A stretch of 64,000 bases of DNA from a bacterium (GTDB lineage Bacteria; SAR324; NAC60-12): contig CBDBHR010000023.1 of the NCBI GenBank assembly GCA_965205865.1, positions 1 to 64,000 of the forward strand, written 5' to 3'. The notes beneath the pieces were generated by a model that saw nothing but the letters and a program-made list of their open reading frames with translations, ran no database searches and was not told the DNA's origin. Below, piece after piece: positions 39,324-49,574 of this stretch. Within the stretch, counting starts at the first letter, position 1, and each line of letters opens with the position of its first letter. The position numbers and the translations under genes are program-made.

Positions 39324-40661
39324 ATGAAATTTTATAATCGGCTCGATGAAATAAACCTATTGGGGCAATTAAAGAAGCAATCGGCGGTTGCCTCACGATT
39401 GACAGTGCTCATGGGCAGGAGGAGAGTGGGTAAAACGAAACTTGCTCTGGAATTTGCAAACAATCACAAACATCTCTATTTTTTTATCGCCAAAAAATCA
39501 GAAAACTTACTTTGTGAGGAATTCCTGACAGAAATAAAAAAACAGTTTTCGATCCCGGTCATTGGTGACATTCGATATTTTAAAGAGATATTCACGCTGC
39601 TCCTCGAATTATCCAAAGCAGAGCCATTTACCCTGATCCTTGATGAGTTTCAGGAATTCGCTACGATCAATCCAGCCGTCTACTCTGAGCTTCAACATTT
39701 ATGGGATATCAATAAAGATCAGACGCATCTCAATCTGATTTGCATTGGTTCGGTTTATTCTCTCATCAACAAAATTTTCCAGCATTCGAAAGAGCCTCTG
39801 TTTGGTAGGGCTGATTGCATGATTTTTCTCAAACAATTTTCCATCAATACCCTGAGCCAGATTTTAGCGGACTCTCAAATAAAAGATGGCAGAACCTTGT
39901 TTGACTGGTATGTATTGACTGGCGGAGTGCCCAAGTATATTGATAGTTTGATAAGCAATAGCGACGGTTCTTTTGAAAGTATGCTACAATTTATGATCTC
40001 AGAGTACTCCCCGTTTTTACAAGAAGGAAAGCAGGTCCTCATTGAAGAGTTCGGCAAAGAGTATGGCACTTATTTTTCGGTCCTTGAACTGATCAGTCGT
40101 GGCAAAACGAGTCGTCGGGAAATCGAGTCAGTCATGGAGAGAAATATTGGTGGTTTCCTGAATAGACTTGAAGAAGACTACTATCTCATCGACCGGGTCA
40201 GGCCCATCAATGCCAAACCAAACGCCAGGCTTGTCAAATATTACCTCAAAGATCACTTCCTCCGATTTTGGTTTCGTTTCATCCATCGCAGCTGGCGAGC
40301 AGTCGAGATTGGGAATTTCGACTATATCAGGCAGGTGATTCAGAGAGACTATCAAACCTATTGCGGTCGTCTTCTTGAACAATTCTATCAGGATCTCTTT
40401 GCCGCAAGCGGGAACTATAATCGTCTGGGTGCTTATTGGGAAAAGAAAAACCTCAATGAAATTGATCTGGTGGCCATCAATGATGCTGAGAAAATCATTG
40501 TCATGGCTGAGATCAAATTGAACAAAGAACGAATCAATTTGAATCTGCTTCAGGAAAAATCTAAAAACCTGATAGCCTCTTACCCAAACTATCAGCCTCA
40601 ATGGCTTGCCCTTGGCATCGATGATATTCAGCAATATGCCTTCCAGTCGACAAGTGAATGA
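39324..40661 (+). CDS. Archaeal-type ATPase with C-terminal DUF234 PD-(D/E)xK-like domain
   Basis: FYNR..E, GRRRVGKT, LDEFQ, TGGVPKY, D.FL.FWFRF and EIDLVA...EIK motifs. Confidence 0.85.
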   Translation: MKFYNRLDEINLLGQLKKQSAVASRLTVLMGRRRVGKTKLALEFANNHKHLYFFIAKKSENLLCEEFLTEIKKQFSIPVIGDIRYFKEIFTLLLELSKAEPFTLILDEFQEFATINPAVYSELQHLWDINKDQTHLNLICIGSVYSLINKIFQHSKEPLFGRADCMIFLKQFSINTLSQILADSQIKDGRTLFDWYVLTGGVPKYIDSLISNSDGSFESMLQFMISEYSPFLQEGKQVLIEEFGKEYGTYFSVLELISRGKTSRREIESVMERNIGGFLNRLEEDYYLIDRVRPINAKPNARLVKYYLKDHFLRFWFRFIHRSWRAVEIGNFDYIRQVIQRDYQTYCGRLLEQFYQDLFAASGNYNRLGAYWEKKNLNEIDLVAINDAEKIIVMAEIKLNKERINLNLLQEKSKNLIASYPNYQPQWLALGIDDIQQYAFQSTSE

Positions 40662-40744
40662 GGGGGTTGATCTTTCTATCCATTTCAATTATTGTAATGA
40701 TTGTTTGAAATTTTACTTCAAATTATCATGATAATCGGAACCAG

Positions 40745-41884
40745 ATGTTTAGAAGAAAACTCAATTTATCCGCGGAGGAAACCTTTTTCCTCTGGGGGCC
40801 TCGGCAAACGGGTAAAACCACTTTATTGAAGGCTCAATTTCGCGAGTCTCTGTGGATCGATTTATTGAAATCCGAAGAATTTCGCCGCTACATGCAAGCG
40901 CCGCATCAGTTGCGGGAAAGGGTTGCCGGCAATCCGGGCATAAGGCATATTGTCATTGATGAAATCCAGAAAGTCCCGGACCTCTTGGATGAGATCCATT
41001 GGCTGCTGGAAAACACGGTGGCGCAATTTGCCTTATGTGGATCGAGTGCCCGCCGCGTCAAGCGGGGTCATGCCAATCTCCTGGGAGGACGGGCCAGTCG
41101 TTTTGAATTATTTGGCTTAAGCGCCAGCGAAATGGGAAGCGCGTTTGATTTGACACAATGCCTCAATCAGGGGTATTTACCCCGGCATTATCTGGGCAAG
41201 CATCCCCAACGCAGGCTCAATAGCTATATTTCGGATTATTTGAAAGAAGAAATTGCAGCTGAAGGCATGGTACGCCGTCTCCCGGTGTTTGGGCATTTTT
41301 TAACCGCCGCCGCCTTATCGGATGGTCAAATGGTCAATTATTCAAATATCGCGAGAGATTGTGGGGTTTCCAGCCATACGGTCCGCGCTTACTTTGAAAT
41401 CTTGGAAGACACGCTGCTGGCTTCCTTTTTGCCCGCCTATCGCAAACGGATGAAACGCCGCACCATTCAAGCGCCTAAGTTTTATTATGCCGATGTGGGC
41501 CTGGTCAATTTTCTCTGTAAACGAGGCCCCCTGGAAGTGGGATCGGAATTGTTTGGCAAGGCATTTGAAAATTGGGTATATCACGAATTGAAAACTTACA
41601 ATCACTATGCGGAAGCCTTTGCTGATCTCTCCTACTGGCGCTTGGCCAGTGGCATCGAGGTGGATTTTATCATCAATGACTTTTGGTTGGCACTCGAAGC
41701 AAAGGCCACCCAAAACGTCAAACCGTCCCACCTCAAGGGGTTGAAAGCAATCGCGGAGGAAATCACTTGTCAAAAACGGGTGCTGGTTTGTTTGGAAGAG
41801 CACAAACGCGAAACGCAGGACGGGATCTTGATTCTGCCTTACCAAGTTTTCATTGAAGAAATGTGGGATGGGATCTATTTTTAA
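40745..41884 (+). CDS. AAA_14 ATPase with DUF4143 domain
   Basis: GPRQTGKT, IDEIQK, GSS, PKFY..DVG and EVDF...EAK motifs. Confidence 0.88.
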   Translation: MFRRKLNLSAEETFFLWGPRQTGKTTLLKAQFRESLWIDLLKSEEFRRYMQAPHQLRERVAGNPGIRHIVIDEIQKVPDLLDEIHWLLENTVAQFALCGSSARRVKRGHANLLGGRASRFELFGLSASEMGSAFDLTQCLNQGYLPRHYLGKHPQRRLNSYISDYLKEEIAAEGMVRRLPVFGHFLTAAALSDGQMVNYSNIARDCGVSSHTVRAYFEILEDTLLASFLPAYRKRMKRRTIQAPKFYYADVGLVNFLCKRGPLEVGSELFGKAFENWVYHELKTYNHYAEAFADLSYWRLASGIEVDFIINDFWLALEAKATQNVKPSHLKGLKAIAEEITCQKRVLVCLEEHKRETQDGILILPYQVFIEEMWDGIYF

Positions 41885-41922
41885 TAGGTGAGATTCCGGT
41901 TCTCATTTCAGCCAAGCTTGTC

Positions 41923-42014
41923 ATGAAACTTTTTCGAGGAAGCAATACAAATCAAAATAATCTTTTTGGGTCACTCTTTGATTTGCGGCAATGACCTTCA
42001 TCGGGGCAATGTCT
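41923..42014 (-). repeat. Duplicated AbiEii internal segment
   Basis: Matches 38600-38691. Confidence 0.85.
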
Positions 42015-42709
42015 TCGTAAAGATGGCTAGATTATGGTACCTTTTTATGAAACATGATAGTCTGTCGCTCAATCTCTTTTTGTATTTTCAGCTATCATGC
42101 TTAATAAACCAATCATTTTATCTTGACCGGATTCAAGATTTTCTAAACGTTTGTTGACACCTTGAAGTTCCGTTTTTACTTCTGATATTTCATTAAGTAA
42201 TTTTTCATCTCGCTCGGCTAGTTCTTGTTGTAGCGTTTGCATTGATTTGTGATCGCTAATCATCATTGATCCGTTTTACGGCATCAAGCATATTATCTTG
42301 TGTGATGTCTTCAGTTTTCAACAGTTCTAACATTTTTTCCCTTTAGCTGGGGTTTTGGTAATCTTTTAGAAGTACTTTAGCAATTAAAACGCCACAGAAC
42401 AAGTCAATCATCCGGAACCTTAACACAGCGCATTTTACTTCGATTTAAGGGTGTCGCAAGTACAAAATTGTCTCTCAAATCAAGCTGAAAAGGGGTCAAG
42501 TCTTTTTTTGCTTTAAAGAAAAGCCTTATCGAGAACATGGGAAACGGATTTCCAAGGGTGCCCCTTGTCAAGCTCCCTATTTATCAAATATTTTGACAGG
42601 ACAACATATTCTTGAAGTTATTGAAAAGTGATAGAATTGAAGATCTGTAAAAAGGCTTTTGAGGTAAATAGGTAACATATCATCATCTTCCCGTAGGATC
42701 AATTAAACA

Positions 42710-42736
42710 ATATCTGTAAATATCTGTAAATATCTT
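42710..42736 (+). promoter_or_regulatory. 10-bp tandem repeats upstream of IS607 tnpA (candidate left-end TnpA sites)
   Basis: ATATCTGTAA ATATCTGTAA ATATCT; related AGATCTGTAA at 42641. Confidence 0.45.
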
Positions 42737-42758
42737 GAATTATTATTAGATCTATTTT

Positions 42759-42896
42759 ATACCGAGTTTCGTTTAAAAAAGTGATATTCCAAAGCATCTG
42801 TCATTCTGAGAGTAGCGAAGAATCTCAATGATTTCAAAGAGATCCTTCGCTTTTCTCAGGATGACATAGGGTACACTTTTAAACGCAACTTGGTAT
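42759..42896. repeat. REP-like MITE, family 3
   Basis: ATACCGAGTTTCGTTTAAAA / TTTTAAACGCAACTTGGTAT ends; core GTCATTCTGAG..GAAGAATCT..AGATCCTTCG..CTCAGGATGAC. Confidence 0.75.
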
Positions 42897-42937
42897 TACA
42901 TGAATTATCACAATCACTCATTCGGGACAGATAACAG

Positions 42938-43717
42938 ATGTACAGTATTGGTCAGTTTGCAAAAAAGGTTGGTAAAACCGTTGAAACCATTAGAATATGG
43001 GAGCGAAAAGGGATTCTTGCGCCTGCCTACAGGAGCCAGGGAGGACACAGAATGTATAGCGAAGAACAACTGGCACAAGCACTCCAGAAAGATCAACCCA
43101 AAAACAGGATCAATATAGGTTATGTTTGTGTGGATTCCCATCATCAAAAAGATGATCTTCTCAGACAAGAACAATTGATTGAATCCTATCTTGCTCTTCA
43201 AGGGAAACCTTATCAAATCATCACGGATATAGGAAGTGGCATAAACTACAAGAAGCAAGGATTGAAACAGTTGCTCTTCACTATCATCAGTAATCAAGTA
43301 GAAACGATCTACGTCCTCCACAAAGATCGTTTGCTTCGATTTGGCTTTGAACTTTTGGAAGAGGTTTGCAGACTCCATAACACTAAGATAGAAATTATAA
43401 ACCAATCTGAAGAGGAAACCTCTGAAAAGGAATTAGTCGAAGAGATGATGAAAAACAGATCGAGTGCATCAGGTTGGAATAGTCCTGATTCGATTGTGGA
43501 ACGCACCGTGAAAAAGCCCTCAACAGCAGATTCCTCCGGAAAAAAACCGGTAAAGCGTTTCCTGTACCTCCTGAACCGGTTGTGGACAAAACGAAGTCCA
43601 TTTCCAGTCCGGAAAAACCGGAGATTCCGGGTTATTTATTGGAGGAGGTCATTTTTGAAAGCGGCCGGACCCGGTTCTGGCGTGGCAGGCGGAAAAGCGA
43701 CGGGCTTTCGGTCCTGA
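42938..43717 (+). CDS. IS607-type TnpA (MerR-like HTH plus serine recombinase), catalytically degenerate; overlaps activator 2
   Basis: YSIGQFAKKVG...GGHRMY; GYVCVDS where YxRVSS is expected; DIGSG.NY and DRL.RFGF motifs; no tnpB follows. Confidence 0.85.
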   Translation: MYSIGQFAKKVGKTVETIRIWERKGILAPAYRSQGGHRMYSEEQLAQALQKDQPKNRINIGYVCVDSHHQKDDLLRQEQLIESYLALQGKPYQIITDIGSGINYKKQGLKQLLFTIISNQVETIYVLHKDRLLRFGFELLEEVCRLHNTKIEIINQSEEETSEKELVEEMMKNRSSASGWNSPDSIVERTVKKPSTADSSGKKPVKRFLYLLNRLWTKRSPFPVRKNRRFRVIYWRRSFLKAAGPGSGVAGGKATGFRS

Positions 43718-46700
43718 TCAAGGGAGCGGCATCCCCCCAGCAGAGCGCGCAGGATCTGGCGGAAATGCGGCATGAGCATGAGATCATCCAGGCTCTCAAG
43801 ATCGATGGGGTCCTCAGGTCACGGGAACTGGCGCAGTGTGAAAACGGATGGGCGTTGATCCTGGAAAACACGGAAGGGCTTCCTTTAAGAAAGCTGATGG
43901 ATACCGCCCGGCTCGACCTGCCGGACTCGCTCAAGGTAGCGGTTTCACTGACAGGCACCCTGAAAGAAGTGCACCGGCAGGGCATTATTCATAAAATGAT
44001 CAACCCGTTGAATATTTTTGTCGATCCGGCATCGGGAACGGTCAAACTGACCGGCTTCGGCCTGGCCACCCGGTTGCCTAAGGAAAATTTGACGACGTTG
44101 AGTCCCCAGCTAAGCGGGGAAACCCTGCCCTATATCTCCCCCGAACAGACCGGCCGGATGAATCGCCCCCTCGATTATCGCAGTGATTTTTATTCCCTGG
44201 GCGCCACCCTTTATGAACTTTTCAGCGGGAGAGTGCCTTTCCAATCCCGGGAGGCCATGGAAATCATCCACGCTCACATTGCCCGGCAGCCCCCGCCCCC
44301 TGACGAGATTGAACCGCAAATACCCAGAGTCCTTTCCCGCCTGGTGATGAAACTGGTGGCCAAGCGTGCCGAGGCGCGCTACCAGAGCCACTCGGGCCTT
44401 TCAGCTGATCTCCTGGCATGTGTGGAGCAGCTGGAAAACCAGGGGAGCCTGTCCGACTTTCCCTTGGCTCGCCATGATATGCCTAAAGAACTGCAGGTCG
44501 CCCCGGGGCTTTACGGCCGGGAGGATGAAATCGCCGCTCTGGAAGCCGCTCTGGAGCGAGTCAGCCAGGGAGCGACCGAGATGGTGCTGATCTCAGGATC
44601 CGCTGGTGTCGGTAAAACCGCCCTGGTCGGTGAAATTCACAGGTCCATTGCCCAAAAAAACGGCTTTTTCATCTCCGGCAAGTTTGACCAGCTCCGGCAC
44701 AATATTCCCTACAGCGCCCTGATCCAGGCGCTGCGGGGACTCATCCGGGAGATATCGGTCGCAAACAAATCCGGAATGGAGCGTTGGAAAAGCAGGATAC
44801 GGGCTGCCCTGGGGCCCAACGGACAACTGATGACCCGGGTAATCCCGGAACTGGAGCTGATGATCGGCCCGCAACCTCCGCTGCCGGAAATGGGAGCGCT
44901 GGAGGCCCGCAACCGCTTCACAACCGTTTTACTGGATTTCATCGACCTTTTCTGTGAAAAAACCCATCCGCTGGTTATTTTTCTGGACGACTTGCAGTGG
45001 GTGGACGCCGATACCCTCAAGCTGGTGGAACGGATCGCTCAGCATCCGGAGAGGAAACCTCTGCTTTTCCTGGGAGCCTATCGCGACAACGAGGTGGAGG
45101 CCGATCATCGGCTGACGATCAGTTGTGAGGTGATCAAAAAAACAGGCCAGCCTGTCCAAACGATCCCCTTAAAGCCCCTGAACCCGGAGAACATCTCACA
45201 ACTGCTCGTCCATACCTGCCACTGCCGTCCTGAGGATGCCAAACCGCTGGCCGAGGTTCTGGCGCGCAAAACCGGCGGCAATCCCTTCTTTGTGAGCCAG
45301 TTTTTGACCGTACTCTCCGAGAAGGACCTGATCCGCTACTCCCTTGAGGAAAAACGATGGATCTGGGAGCTGGCTGCCATCGAATTCCTGGCGGTGACCG
45401 AGAATGTGGTGGATTTGCTGATTGACCGGCTCCACCGGTTTTCCGCTGAAACCAGGCGACTCTTAAGCCTGGCGGCCTGCATCGGCAATACCTTTGACCT
45501 GGAATCCCTGGAACGGATCAGCGGAGCCGGAGGCAGGGAGATCGATGAGAACCTGTTGCCGGCCCTGGAAACCGGGTTGATCCTCGGTTTTTCCCAGGCC
45601 CCGCAGCCGGATAATCCGACCGCCGGAGCGAGCGTGGAGGGTGGCAGCTACAAATTCCTGCATGACCGGGTGCAGCAGGCTGCCTATGCCCTCATTGCGC
45701 AAAAGGAAAAACAGCCGGTCCATCTTCGTATCGGTCAGACCCTGCTCAAGCAATACGCTCCGGAGGAAAGTGACGCTCTGCTCTTTGACATCGTCCACCA
45801 TCTCAACCTGGCCCGGAGGGTGAAGGATAAATGGAAAGAACGATTGCACCTGGCGGAACTCAACCTGGAAGCCGGTCTTAAGGCCAGAGCGGCTTCGGCT
45901 TTTGAACAGGCCCTGGAATACTTTACCATAGGCCTGGACCTCTTAGGAGCCGCCGCCTGGAAACGGCAATACCCCCTGGCCTTATCCCTGCACGACGGTG
46001 CAACGGAGATGTCATGGCTCTGCGGCCGGTTTGACCTGATGGAGAAGCTGGCGGGTGCCGTAAAAGACAACGTCCGGCAGGACCTGGAGCTGGCCAATGT
46101 TTATCAATGCTTGATCAAGGCATACACCTCCCGGGGTGAATTAAAGAAGGCCATGGAAACGGGCGAGGAAATTCTGAAGAAATTGGGGTGTCAACTGGGC
46201 CGTTTGTCTCCCGACCAGTGGCAGCAGACCCTCGTTCAAATCAAATCCGGCTTGGCCGGTAAAAGCGTCGCAGAAGTGATGCGCTTTGAGCAGCACACCC
46301 AACCGGATGCCAAGGTCCTTATCCATATCCTATATGAACTCCATCTGCCATATGGCGAGGCTGGGGTTACTTTGGATGACGGTCTTTGGCAGCCCATCGC
46401 TTTAAAACGCATCTCTTTCCTGCTCAATCATTTTCATCCGAAACATTCACCCGAATTCTATTGTTTTCTTGGAATGATATATTGCATTATGCAGGATTTT
46501 GAATTTGGTTGGGAACTTGGTCGTCTGGGCATAAAGCTCATGGAAACGCTTGATCTGAAGGATATAAACTGTAGAGTTTCCAGGGTTTTCAACATCGCAA
46601 TCCGGATCTACAGGGAGCCGCTATCTGAGACATTGGATCCCTTACTAGAAGCTCATAAGATGGGAATCGAGACGGGAGATTTCACCAATGCCGGTCGTAA

Positions 46701-49404
46701 CGCCGTCGCAAGATGTCAGATTGCGTTTATGTGCGGGAAAGAGTTGAATTGGCTGAAAGGGGAATTGTCGACGTTGAAGCTTGCTATCAAGAAGATCAAT
46801 TGTATTATCGTGTCTCCCCACGTCGAAATCCTGACGAAGGTGATCATGATTCTGATGGATGAACCTTCGACCCTGTCGACGGTTATCATTGATCAATACG
46901 ATAGGGTAACGGGTGCAGAGTTCGTATATCATGACCAGAGCAGTTTTAATTACCAAAAGCTGGTGCTGCAATACCTGTTCGAAGAATACGAAGCAGCCCG
47001 TGAGACGGCTTTTGAAATGATCAACCTGATGAAAACCTACAAGGATCCCCTGATTGATGCCCTGGCCAACTGCTACCTATCCCTCGCTCTCCTGGCAGTT
47101 TACGGCCAGGTGCCTGAGGGGGAAAAGGAGGAGATCCTCACCCAGGTTCATGACAATCAGGATACGTTGGAGAAACTGGCGCGCAGTGCCCCGCCCAATT
47201 ACCGGCACAAGCATCACCTGGTGGAAGCCGAGCGAATGCGGGTTATGGGCGGCGAAAGCGATGTGATCATGTCCCATTATGACCAGGCCATCGCTTTGGC
47301 CAGAGAGAGCGAATTTATTCACGAGGAAGCCCTGGCCGATGAACTGGCAGCCAAGTACTTGCTCAGCCAGGGGCTGAAAACCCCCGCCCGAACTCACCTG
47401 CAGGCGGCATTGGAAAAGTACGAAACCTGGGGGGCTAAACGGAAGGTCGCGCACCTGAGGTCTCGATATCCCGGGTTGATTGCCGATGATCGTGCCGAAG
47501 GGGCGGTGTCTCCTTCGCCCAACCTGGATCTGGCAACAATTCTCAAAGCCTCGGAGGCCATCTCCAGTATCCTCGAGTTGGAACCGCTGCTGGAGTTTCT
47601 GCTTGGCATTCTCATAGAAAATGCCGGGGCCCAGACAGCAACCCTGATTCTGGAAACCGAAGGTCAGTCTCTCATCGCTGCCCGCGGGAGCGCCGAGCAG
47701 GTCGAATATTTCCTGCCGCTTTCCCTGCCTGTGGAAAAGGTCGGCTCTATCTCCCTCTCGGTCATCTCCTGGGTTAAACAAAACAATGAGCATCTTGTGT
47801 TAGACATCGCCGGCCGGGAGGAACGGTTTGTCGAGGATGACTATATCCGGAGGGAACGTCCTAAATCCATCCTGTGCGCACCGATACATCATAAGTCAAC
47901 CTTGACCGGAATCATTTACCTGGAAAATAACCTGGTTGAGGGGGCCTTCACCTCCCGGCGACTCGAGGTGATCGAGCACCTTACCTCCCAGATCGCCATT
48001 TCCCTGGAAAATGCCAGGCTTCACGAAAACCTCAAACGAACCGAAGCGAAATACCGGGGAATTTTTGAAAATGCCACCGAAGGCATCTACCGGGCGAGCC
48101 TGGTTGGCAGATTATTGAGCGCCAATCCAGCGATGGCCAGGTTATTCGGATACTCTTCCCCGAATGAGATTATGGAATCCATCACCGACATCGGGCTCCA
48201 GCTTTATGTGAATCCGGAGCAGCGTCATCAGTTCCTGGATCTCATCCGGCAACGACGCCCCGTTTCTGATTTTGAAGTGAATTTTTTCCGTAAAGACGGC
48301 AGCACCTTCTGGGGATCTCTGCACGCAAGCCCAGTCTATGATGAGACCGATGAATTATGCTTCATCGATGGGATTATTTCCGACGTAACGGAGCAGAAAA
48401 ACCGGATGGAAGCCCTGCATCAAGAAAATGTCCGCCTGCGCTCCAACATTAAAGAGCGTTATCGGTTCGGAAAGATCATCGGCAAAAGCCCCGTGATGCA
48501 GGAGATTTATGAATTGATCTTAAAGGCGGCGGCTAGCGATGTTGGCGTCATTGTATACGGTGAATCAGGGACGGGTAAAGAACTGGTGGCCGAAGCCATT
48601 CATGAGATGAGTGATAGAAAAGAAAAACCCTTTGTTCCCGTCAACGCCGGTGCTGTTCCGGAAAACCTCTTGGAAAGCGAGTTTTTCGGCTACAAAAAAG
48701 GGGCCTTTACCGGAGCCAATGCGGATAAGCGCGGCCTGCTCCAACAGGCAGAAAAAGGAACGCTTTTCCTGGATGAATTGGGCGAAATCGGCCCCAATCT
48801 GCAGGCCAAACTGCTACGTGCTCTTGAAGGCGGAGGGTTCACGCCAGTAGGCGGACTTGAAGTGGAAACCTCCGATTTTCGCATCATTGCTGCCACAAAT
48901 AAGGATTTAAAAGAACAGGTGAAAAAGGGATTAATGCGGGAGGATTTCTTTTACCGCATCCATATTATCCCCATTCACTTGCCGCCTCTCAGGGAACGTA
49001 AAGAGGATATCCCCCTTTTGATCGAGCATTTTATGCAAAACCACCCCCCCTCAAAGAACCTGCCCAAAATCACCGTCGCTGTCATGGAAGCTCTGCTAGC
49101 CTACGATTGGCCGGAAAACGTCAGGGAACTGATCAACACCATGCATCGATACCTGACGCTCAAGAAACTCGACTTCCTCGATACCTCTTTAATCGATGAC
49201 AGCCAAACAGAACCATCGGTCTCGGTTGAGGAGAGTGAAACCAATGAACCCTTGGATGCCACTGTGAAGCGATTCGAAAAACTGTATTTGACCAGGGTGC
49301 TGGAAGATAATGACTGGCAACAGGGCAAAGTTTCAGCCTTTCTGGGGGTTGATCCTAAAACGTTGTATCGAAAAATAAAACAGTACCACCTAAAACCCTC
49401 ATAA
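43582..49404 (+). CDS. Giant sigma54-dependent activator 2: pseudokinase, STAND NTPase, helical repeats, GAF, PAS, bEBP AAA+, HTH
   Basis: Paralog of 17585-23581 with an added PAS domain (YRGIFENATEGIY...ANPAMARLFGY); GESGTGKE and GAFTGA intact; GTG start lacks a clear RBS. Confidence 0.9.
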   Translation: MDKTKSISSPEKPEIPGYLLEEVIFESGRTRFWRGRRKSDGLSVLIKGAASPQQSAQDLAEMRHEHEIIQALKIDGVLRSRELAQCENGWALILENTEGLPLRKLMDTARLDLPDSLKVAVSLTGTLKEVHRQGIIHKMINPLNIFVDPASGTVKLTGFGLATRLPKENLTTLSPQLSGETLPYISPEQTGRMNRPLDYRSDFYSLGATLYELFSGRVPFQSREAMEIIHAHIARQPPPPDEIEPQIPRVLSRLVMKLVAKRAEARYQSHSGLSADLLACVEQLENQGSLSDFPLARHDMPKELQVAPGLYGREDEIAALEAALERVSQGATEMVLISGSAGVGKTALVGEIHRSIAQKNGFFISGKFDQLRHNIPYSALIQALRGLIREISVANKSGMERWKSRIRAALGPNGQLMTRVIPELELMIGPQPPLPEMGALEARNRFTTVLLDFIDLFCEKTHPLVIFLDDLQWVDADTLKLVERIAQHPERKPLLFLGAYRDNEVEADHRLTISCEVIKKTGQPVQTIPLKPLNPENISQLLVHTCHCRPEDAKPLAEVLARKTGGNPFFVSQFLTVLSEKDLIRYSLEEKRWIWELAAIEFLAVTENVVDLLIDRLHRFSAETRRLLSLAACIGNTFDLESLERISGAGGREIDENLLPALETGLILGFSQAPQPDNPTAGASVEGGSYKFLHDRVQQAAYALIAQKEKQPVHLRIGQTLLKQYAPEESDALLFDIVHHLNLARRVKDKWKERLHLAELNLEAGLKARAASAFEQALEYFTIGLDLLGAAAWKRQYPLALSLHDGATEMSWLCGRFDLMEKLAGAVKDNVRQDLELANVYQCLIKAYTSRGELKKAMETGEEILKKLGCQLGRLSPDQWQQTLVQIKSGLAGKSVAEVMRFEQHTQPDAKVLIHILYELHLPYGEAGVTLDDGLWQPIALKRISFLLNHFHPKHSPEFYCFLGMIYCIMQDFEFGWELGRLGIKLMETLDLKDINCRVSRVFNIAIRIYREPLSETLDPLLEAHKMGIETGDFTNAGRNAVARCQIAFMCGKELNWLKGELSTLKLAIKKINCIIVSPHVEILTKVIMILMDEPSTLSTVIIDQYDRVTGAEFVYHDQSSFNYQKLVLQYLFEEYEAARETAFEMINLMKTYKDPLIDALANCYLSLALLAVYGQVPEGEKEEILTQVHDNQDTLEKLARSAPPNYRHKHHLVEAERMRVMGGESDVIMSHYDQAIALARESEFIHEEALADELAAKYLLSQGLKTPARTHLQAALEKYETWGAKRKVAHLRSRYPGLIADDRAEGAVSPSPNLDLATILKASEAISSILELEPLLEFLLGILIENAGAQTATLILETEGQSLIAARGSAEQVEYFLPLSLPVEKVGSISLSVISWVKQNNEHLVLDIAGREERFVEDDYIRRERPKSILCAPIHHKSTLTGIIYLENNLVEGAFTSRRLEVIEHLTSQIAISLENARLHENLKRTEAKYRGIFENATEGIYRASLVGRLLSANPAMARLFGYSSPNEIMESITDIGLQLYVNPEQRHQFLDLIRQRRPVSDFEVNFFRKDGSTFWGSLHASPVYDETDELCFIDGIISDVTEQKNRMEALHQENVRLRSNIKERYRFGKIIGKSPVMQEIYELILKAAASDVGVIVYGESGTGKELVAEAIHEMSDRKEKPFVPVNAGAVPENLLESEFFGYKKGAFTGANADKRGLLQQAEKGTLFLDELGEIGPNLQAKLLRALEGGGFTPVGGLEVETSDFRIIAATNKDLKEQVKKGLMREDFFYRIHIIPIHLPPLRERKEDIPLLIEHFMQNHPPSKNLPKITVAVMEALLAYDWPENVRELINTMHRYLTLKKLDFLDTSLIDDSQTEPSVSVEESETNEPLDATVKRFEKLYLTRVLEDNDWQQGKVSAFLGVDPKTLYRKIKQYHLKPS

Positions 49405-49574
49405 AGTAAAGAATCCACCTTGACTGGCCGCCCTCCATTTGTGTTTTTCAAACAAAATCCGTACAATGCGATTAAAATTGGTGTCAAATACAACTCTTCC
49501 AAAGAGGAATGGAGAGCCTTGCGGACGGCTAGTCTCTGATTGAAAAATGCCGCTGTGCCTACCTAAAGCTCTAT

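Noticed and set aside
42938-43717. Active IS607 with TnpB/OMEGA nuclease
   Set aside because: Catalytic motif is degenerate, and no tnpB or right end follows
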